Shown here piece after piece: positions 1-10,802 of a stretch of 64,000 nucleotides of DNA. Made by a program: the position numbers and the translations under genes. Source of the DNA: a virus (taxonomy: Duplodnaviria; Caudoviricetes). Each line of letters begins with the position of its first letter. The first letter of the stretch is position 1. The stretch is taken from the IMG/VR virus record IMGVR_UViG_3300021400_000612, positions 1 through 64,000 of that record. One strand, written 5' to 3'. The notes under the pieces are model-generated. The model made no database searches, was not told the origin of the DNA, and saw nothing but the letters and a program-made list of their open reading frames with translations.

Positions 1-2
1 CC

Positions 3-731
3 TTCAAGAACATTACAATTAGTTACAAATTTTAATTCAGTACGACGATTTCTCTTAGGGAAATAAAGTTTAACAAGACGAACACCTTGTCTATTAGTTC
101 CAAGCATATAAGCATAGCATGGGTCTTTTGCTTTGTAATAGTATTTAGGTTCTGTATCAACAGTTCTATTAAGATAATATTGTTCGACAGGAATTACAAA
201 ATGAGTATTAAGATAATTTAAATCTACACCCCAACGACCCCATATATCTTTATCATACTTATTCCAACTTCTAGGTGCAATATCTATGATAGTTTTCTTT
301 GTTCTACCTTTAGCTACAGCTTTTGCTAATAAAGGTTGAACATTAGGGTCAACTTCTTTTCCGTCTATAATATCACTGAAAGTATATGCTATATGTTTAA
401 GAACAAAATAGAAATCTTGTTTATTACTGGTTTCAATTCGTCTCTCAAAAGCTAGTCCAAGAACATATGCTACGGTATCATATATGTCCATAAACATACC
501 AACACCTCCAAAATCTCTAACTTTGAGTTTTCCTTTACTATTATAAGCAAAGCCCATACTTTTGTTTGTATCATCATCCCTAAATATTGAAGTAATAAGG
601 CTGTTATGTTCTATACAATTCTTTATAACTTCTATTGGAATATCTAAATACTTACTCATTATAGCTTCTTGGCTTATTTTAGATTCTATATACTCCTTAG
701 TAAGATTACATGTAGCAATATTTCTTTTCAT
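3..731 (-). CDS. DNA primase, crAss-type (partial, runs off left edge)
   Basis: Hand translation from ATG at 731: MKRNIATCNLTKEYIESKISQEAIMSKYLDIP...SIFRDDDTNKSMGF...KVRDFGG...; open to window start. Absent from ORF track because truncated. Sits in the replication module. Confidence 0.75.
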   Translation of the reverse strand, partial: MKRNIATCNLTKEYIESKISQEAIMSKYLDIPIEVIKNCIEHNSLITSIFRDDDTNKSMGFAYNSKGKLKVRDFGGVGMFMDIYDTVAYVLGLAFERRIETSNKQDFYFVLKHIAYTFSDIIDGKEVDPNVQPLLAKAVAKGRTKKTIIDIAPRSWNKYDKDIWGRWGVDLNYLNTHFVIPVEQYYLNRTVDTEPKYYYKAKDPCYAYMLGTNRQGVRLVKLYFPKRNRRTELKFVTNCNVLE

Positions 732-734
732 AAC

Positions 735-1379
735 TTATTGATTTATATAATCTATATAAGTAGCAGGTTCCAAATTAAAATCCTTAAGTCTTTTGTTAGT
801 AATTATTTCTCTATGCAAATATTTATAAGATAAGTTAAACACATTAACTAAATCTTTTAGAGAATATACTTTATCAAAATGTTTAAAATAATGGCTAGTT
901 GTTTTATTTATAGTCTGTAAAGATAAATTTACCCAAGTACAATTACTAGGTTCGTAATTACCATTTACATCTATTCTTTCTATAGTAAGATTATCATTAT
1001 AGCCATTATTTTCTGCCCATTCTTTAAACTTAACAAAGTCATTCCATTCAGAACAAATAGTTATACCTCTTCCTCCATAATTTTTATATTTTCTGTCAGT
1101 AGGAGTATAACATCTACCTCGCATATGAGACCAAATCCTATGAAGTCTTGTATTACTAAGACCATGTTGAACATTTACATTATGAGCTATTTCTCTATGT
1201 AAGCAACCACAAGATTTAGTTAATCCTTTAAGAACAGAATATTTTCTAGTTCTAACAGAATTACCACAATCACATTTGCAATTAAACCAATTACCACGAT
1301 TATCTCTTTCTTCAGAAATTACTGTAAGTCTACCATAACGTTTACCTACATATAATTGTAAAGGGTCAAATTCAAACAT
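735..1379 (-). CDS. HNH-family homing endonuclease
   Basis: GKRYGRLTV, CKCDCGN, SCGC, IWSHMRGRCY, YGGRGI and TIERIDVNGNYEPSNCTW motifs. Start moved to MFEFDPL (1379), downstream of a terminator hairpin. Confidence 0.85.
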   Translation of the reverse strand: MFEFDPLQLYVGKRYGRLTVISEERDNRGNWFNCKCDCGNSVRTRKYSVLKGLTKSCGCLHREIAHNVNVQHGLSNTRLHRIWSHMRGRCYTPTDRKYKNYGGRGITICSEWNDFVKFKEWAENNGYNDNLTIERIDVNGNYEPSNCTWVNLSLQTINKTTSHYFKHFDKVYSLKDLVNVFNLSYKYLHREIITNKRLKDFNLEPATYIDYINQ

Positions 1380-1407
1380 ATCAAATATTATTGTTAATAT
1401 AATAAGA

Positions 1408-1437
1408 AGGGCTAACCCCATTACTGAAGCTAGCCCT
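1408..1437 (-). terminator. putative intrinsic terminator after SSB
   Basis: AGGGCTA...TAGCCCT inverted repeat with T-rich flank. Confidence 0.5.
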
Positions 1438-1487
1438 ATTATGAACACAACCATTAGCAAGACCATCAGAACGACAGTCTAAGTTAC

Positions 1488-2414
1488 TTAAAATGGCATA
1501 TCGTCTGCGGCTTCAGTATAAGCACTACCAGCGGCAGCACCACCCATACCAGGCATACCTGCCATTACGCCACCTTCAGCACCAGCCATTCCAGGAATAG
1601 CAGGAGCCTTCTTAACTTCTTTAGGAGTAATAGATTCCTTAGAACTATCTACGCTAATGATTTTAGGTTGAGAATTAGGATTAGGTGCTAATTCAATACA
1701 ACCTGAACCAATAAACATATCAAATCCAAGGTCACCATTCTGTGTTACATTCTTCCATTCTCCCTTAACTTTCTTATGACGAAGAAGCTTAATCCAACAA
1801 CGAAGGAATTTACCATTATCATCACGATAACAAGGTTTAGCCGTTTCTCCTTCAGCAAGACCAAAAGTACCATTCATCATGGCTACAACATTGTTAAACA
1901 ACTGAGCATAGCCACTAAGAATTTCCTTAACATCAAGAGCAACAAAATTACCATCATCGTCAAAGTCCATAAATGGAAGAGTAAGAGCATCTTCTTCTGC
2001 TTCAGTAAGCTTACGACCTTTCAGATAATAAACATCAAGAACGTGCTTAATCCAATTCAGAACCTGATTAACCTTCCACTCTTCTGAACCTCCAGGAATA
2101 GTATTAACATTACTCTCAACAGGAAAGAGAGATTGATAGACATGACGCATCTCATTAGCATCTGCGGTGTTACTAGCAAACTCAAACTGAAGGCGAGGAA
2201 CTTTCTCACCAGTAAACTGTTTACCATCAGCATTAGTAGACCACTCTACAGATACATTGTGAAGATGTGCCATAAATAGACCGTTAGGAGCAGCGTCTTT
2301 TTCATGAAATCTCAACTGACTAGTTGCTTTAGTTTCATTACTAACACCTCTCCTAGCTTTCTTTACAGGAGCTTCTGCAGCCACTCCTGCTTTAGTTTCT
2401 TTTGTTTCTGCCAT
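1488..2414 (-). CDS. ssb: single-stranded DNA-binding protein (crAss-type)
   Basis: Gly/Ala/Pro-rich tail ending in acidic-aromatic DDMPF; position next to primase. Confidence 0.75.
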   Translation of the reverse strand: MAETKETKAGVAAEAPVKKARRGVSNETKATSQLRFHEKDAAPNGLFMAHLHNVSVEWSTNADGKQFTGEKVPRLQFEFASNTADANEMRHVYQSLFPVESNVNTIPGGSEEWKVNQVLNWIKHVLDVYYLKGRKLTEAEEDALTLPFMDFDDDGNFVALDVKEILSGYAQLFNNVVAMMNGTFGLAEGETAKPCYRDDNGKFLRCWIKLLRHKKVKGEWKNVTQNGDLGFDMFIGSGCIELAPNPNSQPKIISVDSSKESITPKEVKKAPAIPGMAGAEGGVMAGMPGMGGAAAGSAYTEAADDMPF

Positions 2415-2511
2415 AACTTAATTAAGTTTTTAAAAATTAATGAAGATAAATATGGGGAGATACTCAATTATGAATACCTCCCCAAGCATCTTTATCAAGA
2501 CAAATTAGAGA

Positions 2512-3324
2512 TTACTCAGCAGCCTCTTTCTTACCACGAACCATAGGAGTCTTATCCTCAACAAACTCAAGAGGATAAATAGTCAGAGTAACATTCTCCT
2601 TACCATTGTTATACTCAGCCTCTTCAGGAGCATCAAGCTTAACATCGAATACACGATTAAACTTATCCTTAGACTCACCGAGGTCAGCCTTAAGAGCATC
2701 CCAAATAGCAGTATCGGTAAAGTTCAGCTGCAAACCAATACCTGTAGCCTGAGCAGTAGCAGCGGTCTTAGAACCAGCAGCAGCAGGACAAGTTGGTGAA
2801 GGAATATCATCAGGAGTCAGAGCAGCAGCGAGTTCCTCGTCAGAAGCACCCTCAAGACCCTTAGCAGCAGCGAAAGCAGCCTTATCTTCCTCAGACATAG
2901 CAGCAATCATCTCAACACCATGTTCAGCAATCTGAGCAAGTTTCTCTTCCTTAGTAACACGAATAGTACTCATCAGAGGCTCACCACTACGCTTAAACAG
3001 AGCAACACCCTTAGCAATATACCAAACAGTCTGGTCTTTAATAAGAGCTTCCTGACCTTCGGGAGTATTAATATCCCAACCATTCTCATTACAATAGTTA
3101 ACAAGTTCATCAGGCTGACTTTGAATTAAAGACTCAATACCAGCAATGTTATTAAGGAACATAACATTCTCACCTGCGGCAATAGCAAGAGCCTTAGATA
3201 CAGGACTTGTGATGGTAAATTGACCAGTTGTACTCTTAGCAATAAGCTGAGGAGTTGCATTCATAAGACTAGACTTCTGACCTGCCAATACGGCGTTTAC
3301 ATTAAACTTAATTCCGAGTTTCAT
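2512..3324 (-). CDS. conserved hypothetical replication-region protein
   Basis: 270-aa ORF with codon usage like the highly expressed genes. Confidence 0.7.
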   Translation of the reverse strand: MKLGIKFNVNAVLAGQKSSLMNATPQLIAKSTTGQFTITSPVSKALAIAAGENVMFLNNIAGIESLIQSQPDELVNYCNENGWDINTPEGQEALIKDQTVWYIAKGVALFKRSGEPLMSTIRVTKEEKLAQIAEHGVEMIAAMSEEDKAAFAAAKGLEGASDEELAAALTPDDIPSPTCPAAAGSKTAATAQATGIGLQLNFTDTAIWDALKADLGESKDKFNRVFDVKLDAPEEAEYNNGKENVTLTIYPLEFVEDKTPMVRGKKEAAE

Positions 3325-3390
3325 AATTGTAGGAATTTAAAAATTAATAAAATAAAAATAACTAACACTATGTAGTTTAGAACCACATTT

Positions 3391-4323
3391 TCAATTTTGA
3401 CTATCATTTACTTCTTCTAGATAATCCTCGTTGAGTAGGGTATAGTCTTGACCTTCAACAAGAACTTGTTCAGAGGTTTCCATGACGCCTTGAATAACGT
3501 CACTAGCAATATCACGAGCACCTAAAGTAAATGCACGATGACCAATCATTACACGAGCATATTTGACATAAGTATCTTTTTCAAAGAACTTAGCAGCTTG
3601 TGCTTCAGTTAGTGAAAAGTGACTTACAGCAGTTTGTTTAACAATACCGCCTAAGTTTTTCACATATCGTGTAAATGTATATTCAGTAACAAAATCTATG
3701 GGTTGAGCAGGTATCCTAATAATAGGAAATTTTCCTTCAGCTTTAAGTCTTTCAGCGTGAGCTTTATTAATAGCTTCAACACATTGAGCAGAAACCTGAA
3801 ATTCATTATAGATTCTATTGGCTAAATCTTTATACCATTTTACAGGATAAACACCAACTTTTTCTTCTTTATTAGCCTTAGTAAATTCCTCAGCTTCTTT
3901 AGCGGTACGACATCTAACACAATATTGAGGAAGTTGTGTTTCAAGATAAATCGTATTGCCATCAGTATACTGATACTGAGGAGCATAATCTTTAGTGCAT
4001 TCCCAAGTTACTCCTGCCCTTGACAATAGCGATTTGATGATATGAATATCTACACCAGTCTTACCATTTATAACATGGATATGTTCAAGACAAGAACTAA
4101 AAGGAAGTTGAAGGTCATTTGCTCTCATAAGAACAGCTAAACCTTCTTGCACGTTACTAATTCCACTTTTAGGACTTCCCATAACTCTCTTGATAAAGTT
4201 TTCAGCAGCAACAAGTTGCTTATCATCAAGAAGTTGTAGAACTCTTAGACCAGTAGCAGCATCATTATGTTCAATACTCAATGCACGAGTATTACCGCCA
4301 TTAGTTTTCTCTAATTTGTCCAT
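3391..4323 (-). CDS. RecT/Redbeta-like single-strand annealing protein
   Basis: LAVLMRANDLQLPFSSCLEHIHVINGK and MIGHRAFTLGARD resemble RecT-family cores; synteny with SSB. Confidence 0.65.
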   Translation of the reverse strand: MDKLEKTNGGNTRALSIEHNDAATGLRVLQLLDDKQLVAAENFIKRVMGSPKSGISNVQEGLAVLMRANDLQLPFSSCLEHIHVINGKTGVDIHIIKSLLSRAGVTWECTKDYAPQYQYTDGNTIYLETQLPQYCVRCRTAKEAEEFTKANKEEKVGVYPVKWYKDLANRIYNEFQVSAQCVEAINKAHAERLKAEGKFPIIRIPAQPIDFVTEYTFTRYVKNLGGIVKQTAVSHFSLTEAQAAKFFEKDTYVKYARVMIGHRAFTLGARDIASDVIQGVMETSEQVLVEGQDYTLLNEDYLEEVNDSQN

Positions 4324-4358
4324 TATTTCAAAGAGCGTTTTGTTTAACTTTTACACTG

Positions 4359-4366
4359 CAAAGATA
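4359..4366 (-). promoter_or_regulatory. Bacteroidota sigma-A -7 element (TATCTTTG)
   Basis: Matches TAnnTTTG, 36 nt upstream of the RecT-like start. Confidence 0.65.
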
Positions 4367-4377
4367 CAAAAAATATT

Positions 4378-5799
4378 TCAATCTGCAATGATAAAATCAA
4401 ATTTATTTCCAGTATCAGCATTAAATTCACTTTTATTAACTATTGTGTGCGTTTCTGTCATTGGTTTGTTAAATAACCTTTGTTGCTCTATAGTGTTTCT
4501 GCAAAAGATAGAAAATAATTTTATTTTACCACCACGAATATGAATATTACTTAATCTATAAAGATAAGATTCTATATCTTCACATAACGGAGATGTAATT
4601 ATGATAACATCAACGTCTACACATAGAGATTTATCTGGAGCATTAGATAAACTTAAACAATTAATCATTCCTAGATTAAACTTATCTTCATTAAGAGTCA
4701 TTTGTGCTTTAGCACCCATAGATTTACGTTTGCCTTTCTCAGCACCACTCTTAAAGTAAACAGGTCTACCGTGAATATCAACTGCATCAATATTATCTAC
4801 TTTATTGTGATAGTTTCCACAAATATCAGTTTCAGAATTATTATTTAGAAATGCTGTAACTTTATTTGCAAATTCACCACGCTTATTTATAATAAGTATT
4901 TTCTCTCCAGAATGTTCTTTAACCAGTTCTAAAACTTTTTCAAGCTTACCTTCATAATCAGCTAAAAGATTAGTTCTATTGCGTATAATCTCATAAGTTT
5001 GTGTAGCTCTATCTCTAAGATTATTAGGATTATAAAGTTCATCTATTTGTCTATTATATTCAAAAGACATATCAAGATGTTCATTCCATCCGTTTTCTTG
5101 AGCAATTTGAGCACAAATAGTAGCAGAAGAAATATTTAGTACTGTGTTACCAATACGAGCTTGTTGCATAATATCAAAAGAACCAAAGATATTAAGACTA
5201 GTTTCAATATATTTACAATAATATTGATAAAGCTTATAATCTTCACTATCCTCAGGCATTACTACATCAATCAATGTTTCTTCTACGGGGGAGCTTACAC
5301 GCAATGCATCTATTTCAGCTTGCTTAAAACAGTCAAGAAGAGGTGCAATTTTATACAATTGAGTACTATCTGCATTTTTGGAAAAGAGTTTGTTAAGAAC
5401 TACTAGAAAATATCTGCATCTAGCCATATACAAGGCAATACCTAAATCATAACTATCAGGTCTATACCAAATACATAGAGTAGCTGCACTATTCCAACCA
5501 CCATTTTTGAGAAACTGAAGTGTAAAGATACGAATTAATTTAGTATCAACAAGTTTCTTAAATTCAGCATTATTTTCTTCGCTATCAGTGGTTGTTAGAA
5601 ATTCTATAAGTTCTTTTCTTTGTCCAAATTCATTAACTATAATAACAGTTGTAGCAGTAGGACTTCTTGCATACAGTCTTGTTAAAATATCATATACTAA
5701 CACTTTATCATTAAGAGGGGCTGGAACAAATGCAGTTCCAACCCCTTTGTTATCTCTCCAATTAAGTGCAGCATTTTCAAATATTTCGTCAGCCGTCAT
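4378..5799 (-). CDS. SF2 helicase-like protein, apparently degenerate
   Basis: Two-domain helicase-like layout (KILIINKRGEFA, VDVIIITSP...QQR), but no GxGKT or DExH visible. Confidence 0.5.
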   Translation of the reverse strand: MTADEIFENAALNWRDNKGVGTAFVPAPLNDKVLVYDILTRLYARSPTATTVIIVNEFGQRKELIEFLTTTDSEENNAEFKKLVDTKLIRIFTLQFLKNGGWNSAATLCIWYRPDSYDLGIALYMARCRYFLVVLNKLFSKNADSTQLYKIAPLLDCFKQAEIDALRVSSPVEETLIDVVMPEDSEDYKLYQYYCKYIETSLNIFGSFDIMQQARIGNTVLNISSATICAQIAQENGWNEHLDMSFEYNRQIDELYNPNNLRDRATQTYEIIRNRTNLLADYEGKLEKVLELVKEHSGEKILIINKRGEFANKVTAFLNNNSETDICGNYHNKVDNIDAVDIHGRPVYFKSGAEKGKRKSMGAKAQMTLNEDKFNLGMINCLSLSNAPDKSLCVDVDVIIITSPLCEDIESYLYRLSNIHIRGGKIKLFSIFCRNTIEQQRLFNKPMTETHTIVNKSEFNADTGNKFDFIIAD

Positions 5800-5802
5800 A
5801 AT

Positions 5803-8118
5803 TTAATTAAAATCATCTTCATCAAATAGAGTAAGATAGTCTTTAGAATATTTTTTAAGAAGAAGTTTACCAGACTTAACACCTTTGTTAGCATCAGCTT
5901 TCATTGTAGATGAAATACCAAGCTTAATTGGGTCTATAATCTTATATGCTTCTCTGTAATAATATCCATAGTCTATATTTCTCTCTTCAATAGGTTTATC
6001 ATCTAAAGAATTAAGAATTTGAACTGGAAGACCAGATGCAAGTTTTTGCCGTTTATGGTCATTAACATTCTCTTTTTGTATCACAACCCCTTTAGAAGAA
6101 ACATAGAATCTAACGTGTCGCTGACTATGAACAGTAACAACTTTATTATTTTCTATAGTATCATAAACTACTTCAAATTGTTTACCAACATTTTGAGTTT
6201 TACAAAAATCAAGAATATCAGTACTTTTCTGAAGTGTTTCCATTACAGGGATATTATGATAAAGATATTCGAAAACAGCTTTTGCTACAATAGGCATATC
6301 ATAACCTTTTTTCAAATCTTTAAGATATTGTTTAGGGTCTAATGCACCTTTTGCATCTACTTTTTCGTCAGGCCATACAGCAAAGTAATTATTTACATCT
6401 CTAGCAAAATATGCTTTATAATCTTCACTATCAGCACCCATTCTATTAGTTTCATTCCATCTTTTGGTTATATCATTAAATACTTCCAATTTATCTTTAG
6501 GAAGTTTAATAACAATACCATCAGTGTTTGCACTTATAACATGGATACCATTAAGTTCTAATTCTTCAACAAGAGTCATTGTCATTAATTGACCATTAAT
6601 AGTAACTTGAAGTTGAGCAAATCTATCATAAAGAAAGAATAGTTCACTACCAAATTTACCATAAATAGAATTAATTACAATCTTAAGAGCTTCTGCTGCA
6701 ATCTTATTTGGGACTCCAGCAATTATATAACCTTCAGAGTCTGGCGTATGCTTACATTTAACACGAGTATCACGAAAGTATCGCACCATATCCACAAAAA
6801 CTTTATTGTTCAAGTGTTTAGGAGCAATATTATAAGAAACAATTATAGAAGGATAATAACTATTATAATCAAAATGCTTATAAATATATTTGTCATTAGA
6901 CTCAAGTACAACAGGTACATCTTGAGTATGGATTCCTCCACACGCAAGAGTATAAGTTGTACCATAAAAAGTTATTTCTCTACAAAAGTCTTCTTTATTA
7001 GTATGATATACATACACTTTCATCATATCTTCAAGTAAATCTTGAAGTTGTTTAGTCTTAAATTTAATATGAGGGAAAATAATCTTATTGAAACTAAGAC
7101 GAGTTCTTTCAGTACGTCCTTTCTCAAATTGACTTTGATGAAGTCCACTCATTTTAGAATAAAAGGCTATAGTAAGCTTATCAGCGATATTAGCACGAGC
7201 ACTACATAGAACATTAACTTTGAAAGCCTGGGTTATTGAATATCTCAATTTAATTTCATCAGGCTTTTGTCTAGCCATTTCACAAACAAGAAATACGTCA
7301 TTTTTGTTATAATAAAGCATTGGTTCTACATACTTAGGAAGAACATATCGTTCAAAATCATTAGTAATAAGTTCATTTAGATGTTCTAAACTCATACCAC
7401 GATATCTATCAATATTCTTCCAATAAGCATCATATTCTTCTTTGTCTATAGGCGGGAGAGTAAAGTCGAGTAGTTCATGCCATTTAAGATTAATAGAAGT
7501 CTGTTTAAGACTCTTACCAAACTTATTACGGTTACCTTCTTTATCAACTACAACGCTTGCAGAATGAAGACCGTAAACACGCTGAAGGTCAACAGTAGCA
7601 TAAGGAAGTTTATAATACTTCAATAAGTCTATATCTTTATCACCATAAAATGCATCTCTATCACCTTGAAGTTTAATTATTTTCTGACTAAGATTAAATA
7701 GATATTTAATCAAATTCTTAGTACTATCATAGCGATTATAATGCATCATAAAACCTTTTATCATAAGGTCATCATATCCTTGATTATTAAAACCAAATAA
7801 ATCAGTTCTAACAGGAATCTGAGTAACATTACCGTTTTCATCTTCTTTCGTATCGTAATGAGATTGCATATTGTTAATATAAGCAACTAATTCAACTAAT
7901 TGAGAATCATCGGTATCACTAATCCAAAAGATTTTACTTTTAACTTTATCAAGACGAGACTTAATCTCAGCTACAGAAAGTTTTTCTGGTAACGCTATAG
8001 GTTTACCTTTAGCATCAACACAATCTGAAAATGTTTTCATATAATCTTGTAAATCTACAAAAGTAACACTAAAGAGATTTATGAAGATTTCTACGTCAAA
8101 TGCGAGAGATTTAATCAT
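5803..8118 (-). CDS. polB: DNA polymerase family B
   Basis: Exo I FDVE; motif A FDYNSYYPSII; motif B KIVINSIYGKFG; motif C SANTDG. Confidence 0.95.
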   Translation of the reverse strand: MIKSLAFDVEIFINLFSVTFVDLQDYMKTFSDCVDAKGKPIALPEKLSVAEIKSRLDKVKSKIFWISDTDDSQLVELVAYINNMQSHYDTKEDENGNVTQIPVRTDLFGFNNQGYDDLMIKGFMMHYNRYDSTKNLIKYLFNLSQKIIKLQGDRDAFYGDKDIDLLKYYKLPYATVDLQRVYGLHSASVVVDKEGNRNKFGKSLKQTSINLKWHELLDFTLPPIDKEEYDAYWKNIDRYRGMSLEHLNELITNDFERYVLPKYVEPMLYYNKNDVFLVCEMARQKPDEIKLRYSITQAFKVNVLCSARANIADKLTIAFYSKMSGLHQSQFEKGRTERTRLSFNKIIFPHIKFKTKQLQDLLEDMMKVYVYHTNKEDFCREITFYGTTYTLACGGIHTQDVPVVLESNDKYIYKHFDYNSYYPSIIVSYNIAPKHLNNKVFVDMVRYFRDTRVKCKHTPDSEGYIIAGVPNKIAAEALKIVINSIYGKFGSELFFLYDRFAQLQVTINGQLMTMTLVEELELNGIHVISANTDGIVIKLPKDKLEVFNDITKRWNETNRMGADSEDYKAYFARDVNNYFAVWPDEKVDAKGALDPKQYLKDLKKGYDMPIVAKAVFEYLYHNIPVMETLQKSTDILDFCKTQNVGKQFEVVYDTIENNKVVTVHSQRHVRFYVSSKGVVIQKENVNDHKRQKLASGLPVQILNSLDDKPIEERNIDYGYYYREAYKIIDPIKLGISSTMKADANKGVKSGKLLLKKYSKDYLTLFDEDDFN

Positions 8119-8162
8119 ATCTTGACTAATGATAAAATTAAGAATTATTTATACTTGAATAT

Positions 8163-8324
8163 TTATTGTATTCCATATTGTTTTTCTAATAAATTTAACT
8201 TATTTTCAAAACTAGTTGAATTGTCTATAGTTTTACCATAAACACTATAAACAATAATTTTTATAGCATTATATGGTACTTTAGCTTTATCAGCTATTCT
8301 TTTAATTCTTTCAGCTATTGTCAT
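8163..8324 (-). CDS. small hypothetical protein (53 aa)
   Basis: Hand translation MTIAERIKRIADKAKVPY...; overlaps the upstream stop codon. Confidence 0.5.
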   Translation of the reverse strand: MTIAERIKRIADKAKVPYNAIKIIVYSVYGKTIDNSTSFENKLNLLEKQYGIQ

Positions 8325-8578
8325 AACTTAATTGTTTCTACTACTTTCTTTGTAAGTTGCCCCTCATAACCACGAGCTTTAAGCTCATCTATAAGTTCTC
8401 TACTACTAAAGTCTTTAAATTTTTCTGTTGCTCCAGATTCTCTTCTTCTGCAATCATTACATATCTTACGATAGCCACTAGCATATTTAGCAAAATGACT
8501 AAGAGGAAGCTCTTTGCCACAACAAGAACATTTCTTTAATTGTCCTGTATATTCAGGTTTAACATCTATCTGACACAT
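8321..8578 (-). CDS. Zn-ribbon protein
   Basis: CSCCG...CNDC. Confidence 0.6.
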   Translation of the reverse strand: MCQIDVKPEYTGQLKKCSCCGKELPLSHFAKYASGYRKICNDCRRRESGATEKFKDFSSRELIDELKARGYEGQLTKKVVETIKL

Positions 8579-8581
8579 ATT

Positions 8582-10048
8582 TTATTTACCAAATTTAAGA
8601 TAAAGTTTATTTTTACAACGAGAACAAGCCACATATAGTCTACGATTAACTTCCTCAGCATCAGAATAAGGATATCCATTTCTATCGAATACAATATCAT
8701 TAACATCAACTAGAGAAGTATCAAAAGTACTACCCTGACTCTTATGAGAAGTCAAAGAAAAACCATAATCTAAATCTCTACTAAACATTATAGTCCCATT
8801 CATAGGATTAATAATATTAGTAAGAAGTAAGCAGGCTTCTTTAAAAGCATAATAATCTCTCCATTTTTGAGCTTTAAGCGTAGACCTTGCAGATTTAGCA
8901 GCATCAATCATACCTTGTGAAATTTGAAGATATTTCTCAATGGTAAATCTATCACTATGGTCAATAACAAATAATGAAGTAGATATATCACCTCCATGAA
9001 TAGCTTGAAATCTTACAACAAAACCTTTCAATCCATATGTTGGATGAACAGAATTTGCTATATCTTTAATAATGTATTCTTCAGAATTCTTAATAATACA
9101 ATCATTAAATTGATTTACAATAGTTGTATAACTAATAATCAAGTCATTCTTCGTAAGTACAGATACATCACTATCAGCTATAATTGCATTTCTAATAAAC
9201 TTATTCCATTTAGAAACAGCCATATTAGTGTATGCTATAACTTTAGCATAATCTACATTACGAGTAAGTTCTTCATCATTAAAGTTATTATAAACTATTC
9301 TGTCAAACTCTTCAGGGGTGCAAACTGCATATCCTTTAGTATAATCTGCATTAAACTTTTCTCTAAATCGTTGAATATGATTTAAAAAGTTATAACTCTT
9401 ATGTTCAATATCATAACGAAGAAGTTCAAGCAAATAACTTACAGGATTATCTTCACCTTGACGTACAATTTCTTTTAGAGCAAAAGTCTTAGTACCTTTA
9501 AAAGCAGAACTATATTTCTCATTAACAGGAGCTAATTGAGAACTATCACCAATATAAATGATTTTACATTTATTAGTAACACAAGTTCTTTCAAGAAAAG
9601 TACAAAGACCTCTATTTATCATAGAAGCTTCATCAACTATATAAAGTCTATAATTTCCAATCTTAATCTTACCTTTTGGGTCAAAAGGAGGATTATTCAA
9701 ATCAAACTTCTCAACATCAAAGTTAAGACGAAGACCTAAATCAGATTGAATAGTATTGGCTTTTATACCTGGAATATGAATACTTTCTCCTAGTACTCTA
9801 CAAGCTTTATGAGTAGGTGCAGCAAGACCAATCAATGAATAAGATGTAGCACTATTAAGAATTAATGCTTTAACAAGATAAGTCTTACCAGTACCTGCAG
9901 CACCAGTTAAAGCTCTTTTATAATCTTTTGGGTCAAAAGGACTATCAATAAACTCTATAAGTTTATCATAAGCTATTTTTTGGTCGTTTGTAAAACTACT
10001 AGTATTTGCTCTATTAGTGTTTGCTGGATTAATAGGAACTATACTCAT
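8582..10048 (-). CDS. SF1 helicase (Dda/RecD-like)
   Basis: GAAGTGKT, IVDEASM, YIGDSSQL, HKSQGSTF, LYVACSR. Confidence 0.92.
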   Translation of the reverse strand: MSIVPINPANTNRANTSSFTNDQKIAYDKLIEFIDSPFDPKDYKRALTGAAGTGKTYLVKALILNSATSYSLIGLAAPTHKACRVLGESIHIPGIKANTIQSDLGLRLNFDVEKFDLNNPPFDPKGKIKIGNYRLYIVDEASMINRGLCTFLERTCVTNKCKIIYIGDSSQLAPVNEKYSSAFKGTKTFALKEIVRQGEDNPVSYLLELLRYDIEHKSYNFLNHIQRFREKFNADYTKGYAVCTPEEFDRIVYNNFNDEELTRNVDYAKVIAYTNMAVSKWNKFIRNAIIADSDVSVLTKNDLIISYTTIVNQFNDCIIKNSEEYIIKDIANSVHPTYGLKGFVVRFQAIHGGDISTSLFVIDHSDRFTIEKYLQISQGMIDAAKSARSTLKAQKWRDYYAFKEACLLLTNIINPMNGTIMFSRDLDYGFSLTSHKSQGSTFDTSLVDVNDIVFDRNGYPYSDAEEVNRRLYVACSRCKNKLYLKFGK

Positions 10049-10053
10049 AACAT

Positions 10054-10512
10054 TTAATTATTTTCGGGTTGTAAAACCTCCATTGTATAACCATCTACTC
10101 CAACAAGACTTTTGAAATCAAACTTCACAATACCATTATCTTTAACAATATAACCTCTTACAATCCAATTAGGAGCAAAAGGAATATACTGTTCAGGAAG
10201 ACCTGGCATAAATTTAGCATGCATAGAATTTCTTATAAACCTGGTATGTCTACCTTTACTATCAACAGTCCTACTAAATACATTAGTTTTACCTGTTAAA
10301 TCATAAGAACGTTCAGTAAAGTCTAAAATAAGTAAATCAGGATTAACAGGGTCATTACCCATAGTTATAGAAACTTTATAAGTTCCTTCTTCATCTTTAA
10401 AAACTCTACCTTCAACAATCTTATTAGTAGTACGTTTAATACCATTAGAAGTTCTATTACGTTTAGGCTTAGGAACCGCTACTTTGAACGGCATTACTTT
10501 AAGTAAACCCAT
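10054..10512 (-). CDS. hypothetical protein
   Basis: 152-aa ORF, tightly packed in operon. Confidence 0.6.
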   Translation of the reverse strand: MGLLKVMPFKVAVPKPKRNRTSNGIKRTTNKIVEGRVFKDEEGTYKVSITMGNDPVNPDLLILDFTERSYDLTGKTNVFSRTVDSKGRHTRFIRNSMHAKFMPGLPEQYIPFAPNWIVRGYIVKDNGIVKFDFKSLVGVDGYTMEVLQPENN

Positions 10513-10514
10513 AA

Positions 10515-10802
10515 CTACTTCTTTTTAGATTTCTTAGTCTTATCAGTTAATTGATGTTCTTTTTTAGCTTTCTTATTTGTATTGTCAGAATTAGAATTAT
10601 CATAAGATGTAATAGTTCCAACTCCAGCACTATTATCCCAAATAAGATGCCAACCACAGTAATGTATAAGAAAATCAATTTTACCCCACATACGAATACC
10701 AATAGTAGTACTCTTTGCGCATCGTAAAGTCTTATTAGAATAATCGACTTTACCAATACGACTAAAACTTCTTAAATCTTTGTTTTCGTCATGTTTTGCC
10801 AT
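10515..10802 (-). CDS. hypothetical basic protein
   Basis: 95-aa ORF, tightly packed in operon. Confidence 0.6.
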   Translation of the reverse strand: MAKHDENKDLRSFSRIGKVDYSNKTLRCAKSTTIGIRMWGKIDFLIHYCGWHLIWDNSAGVGTITSYDNSNSDNTNKKAKKEHQLTDKTKKSKKK

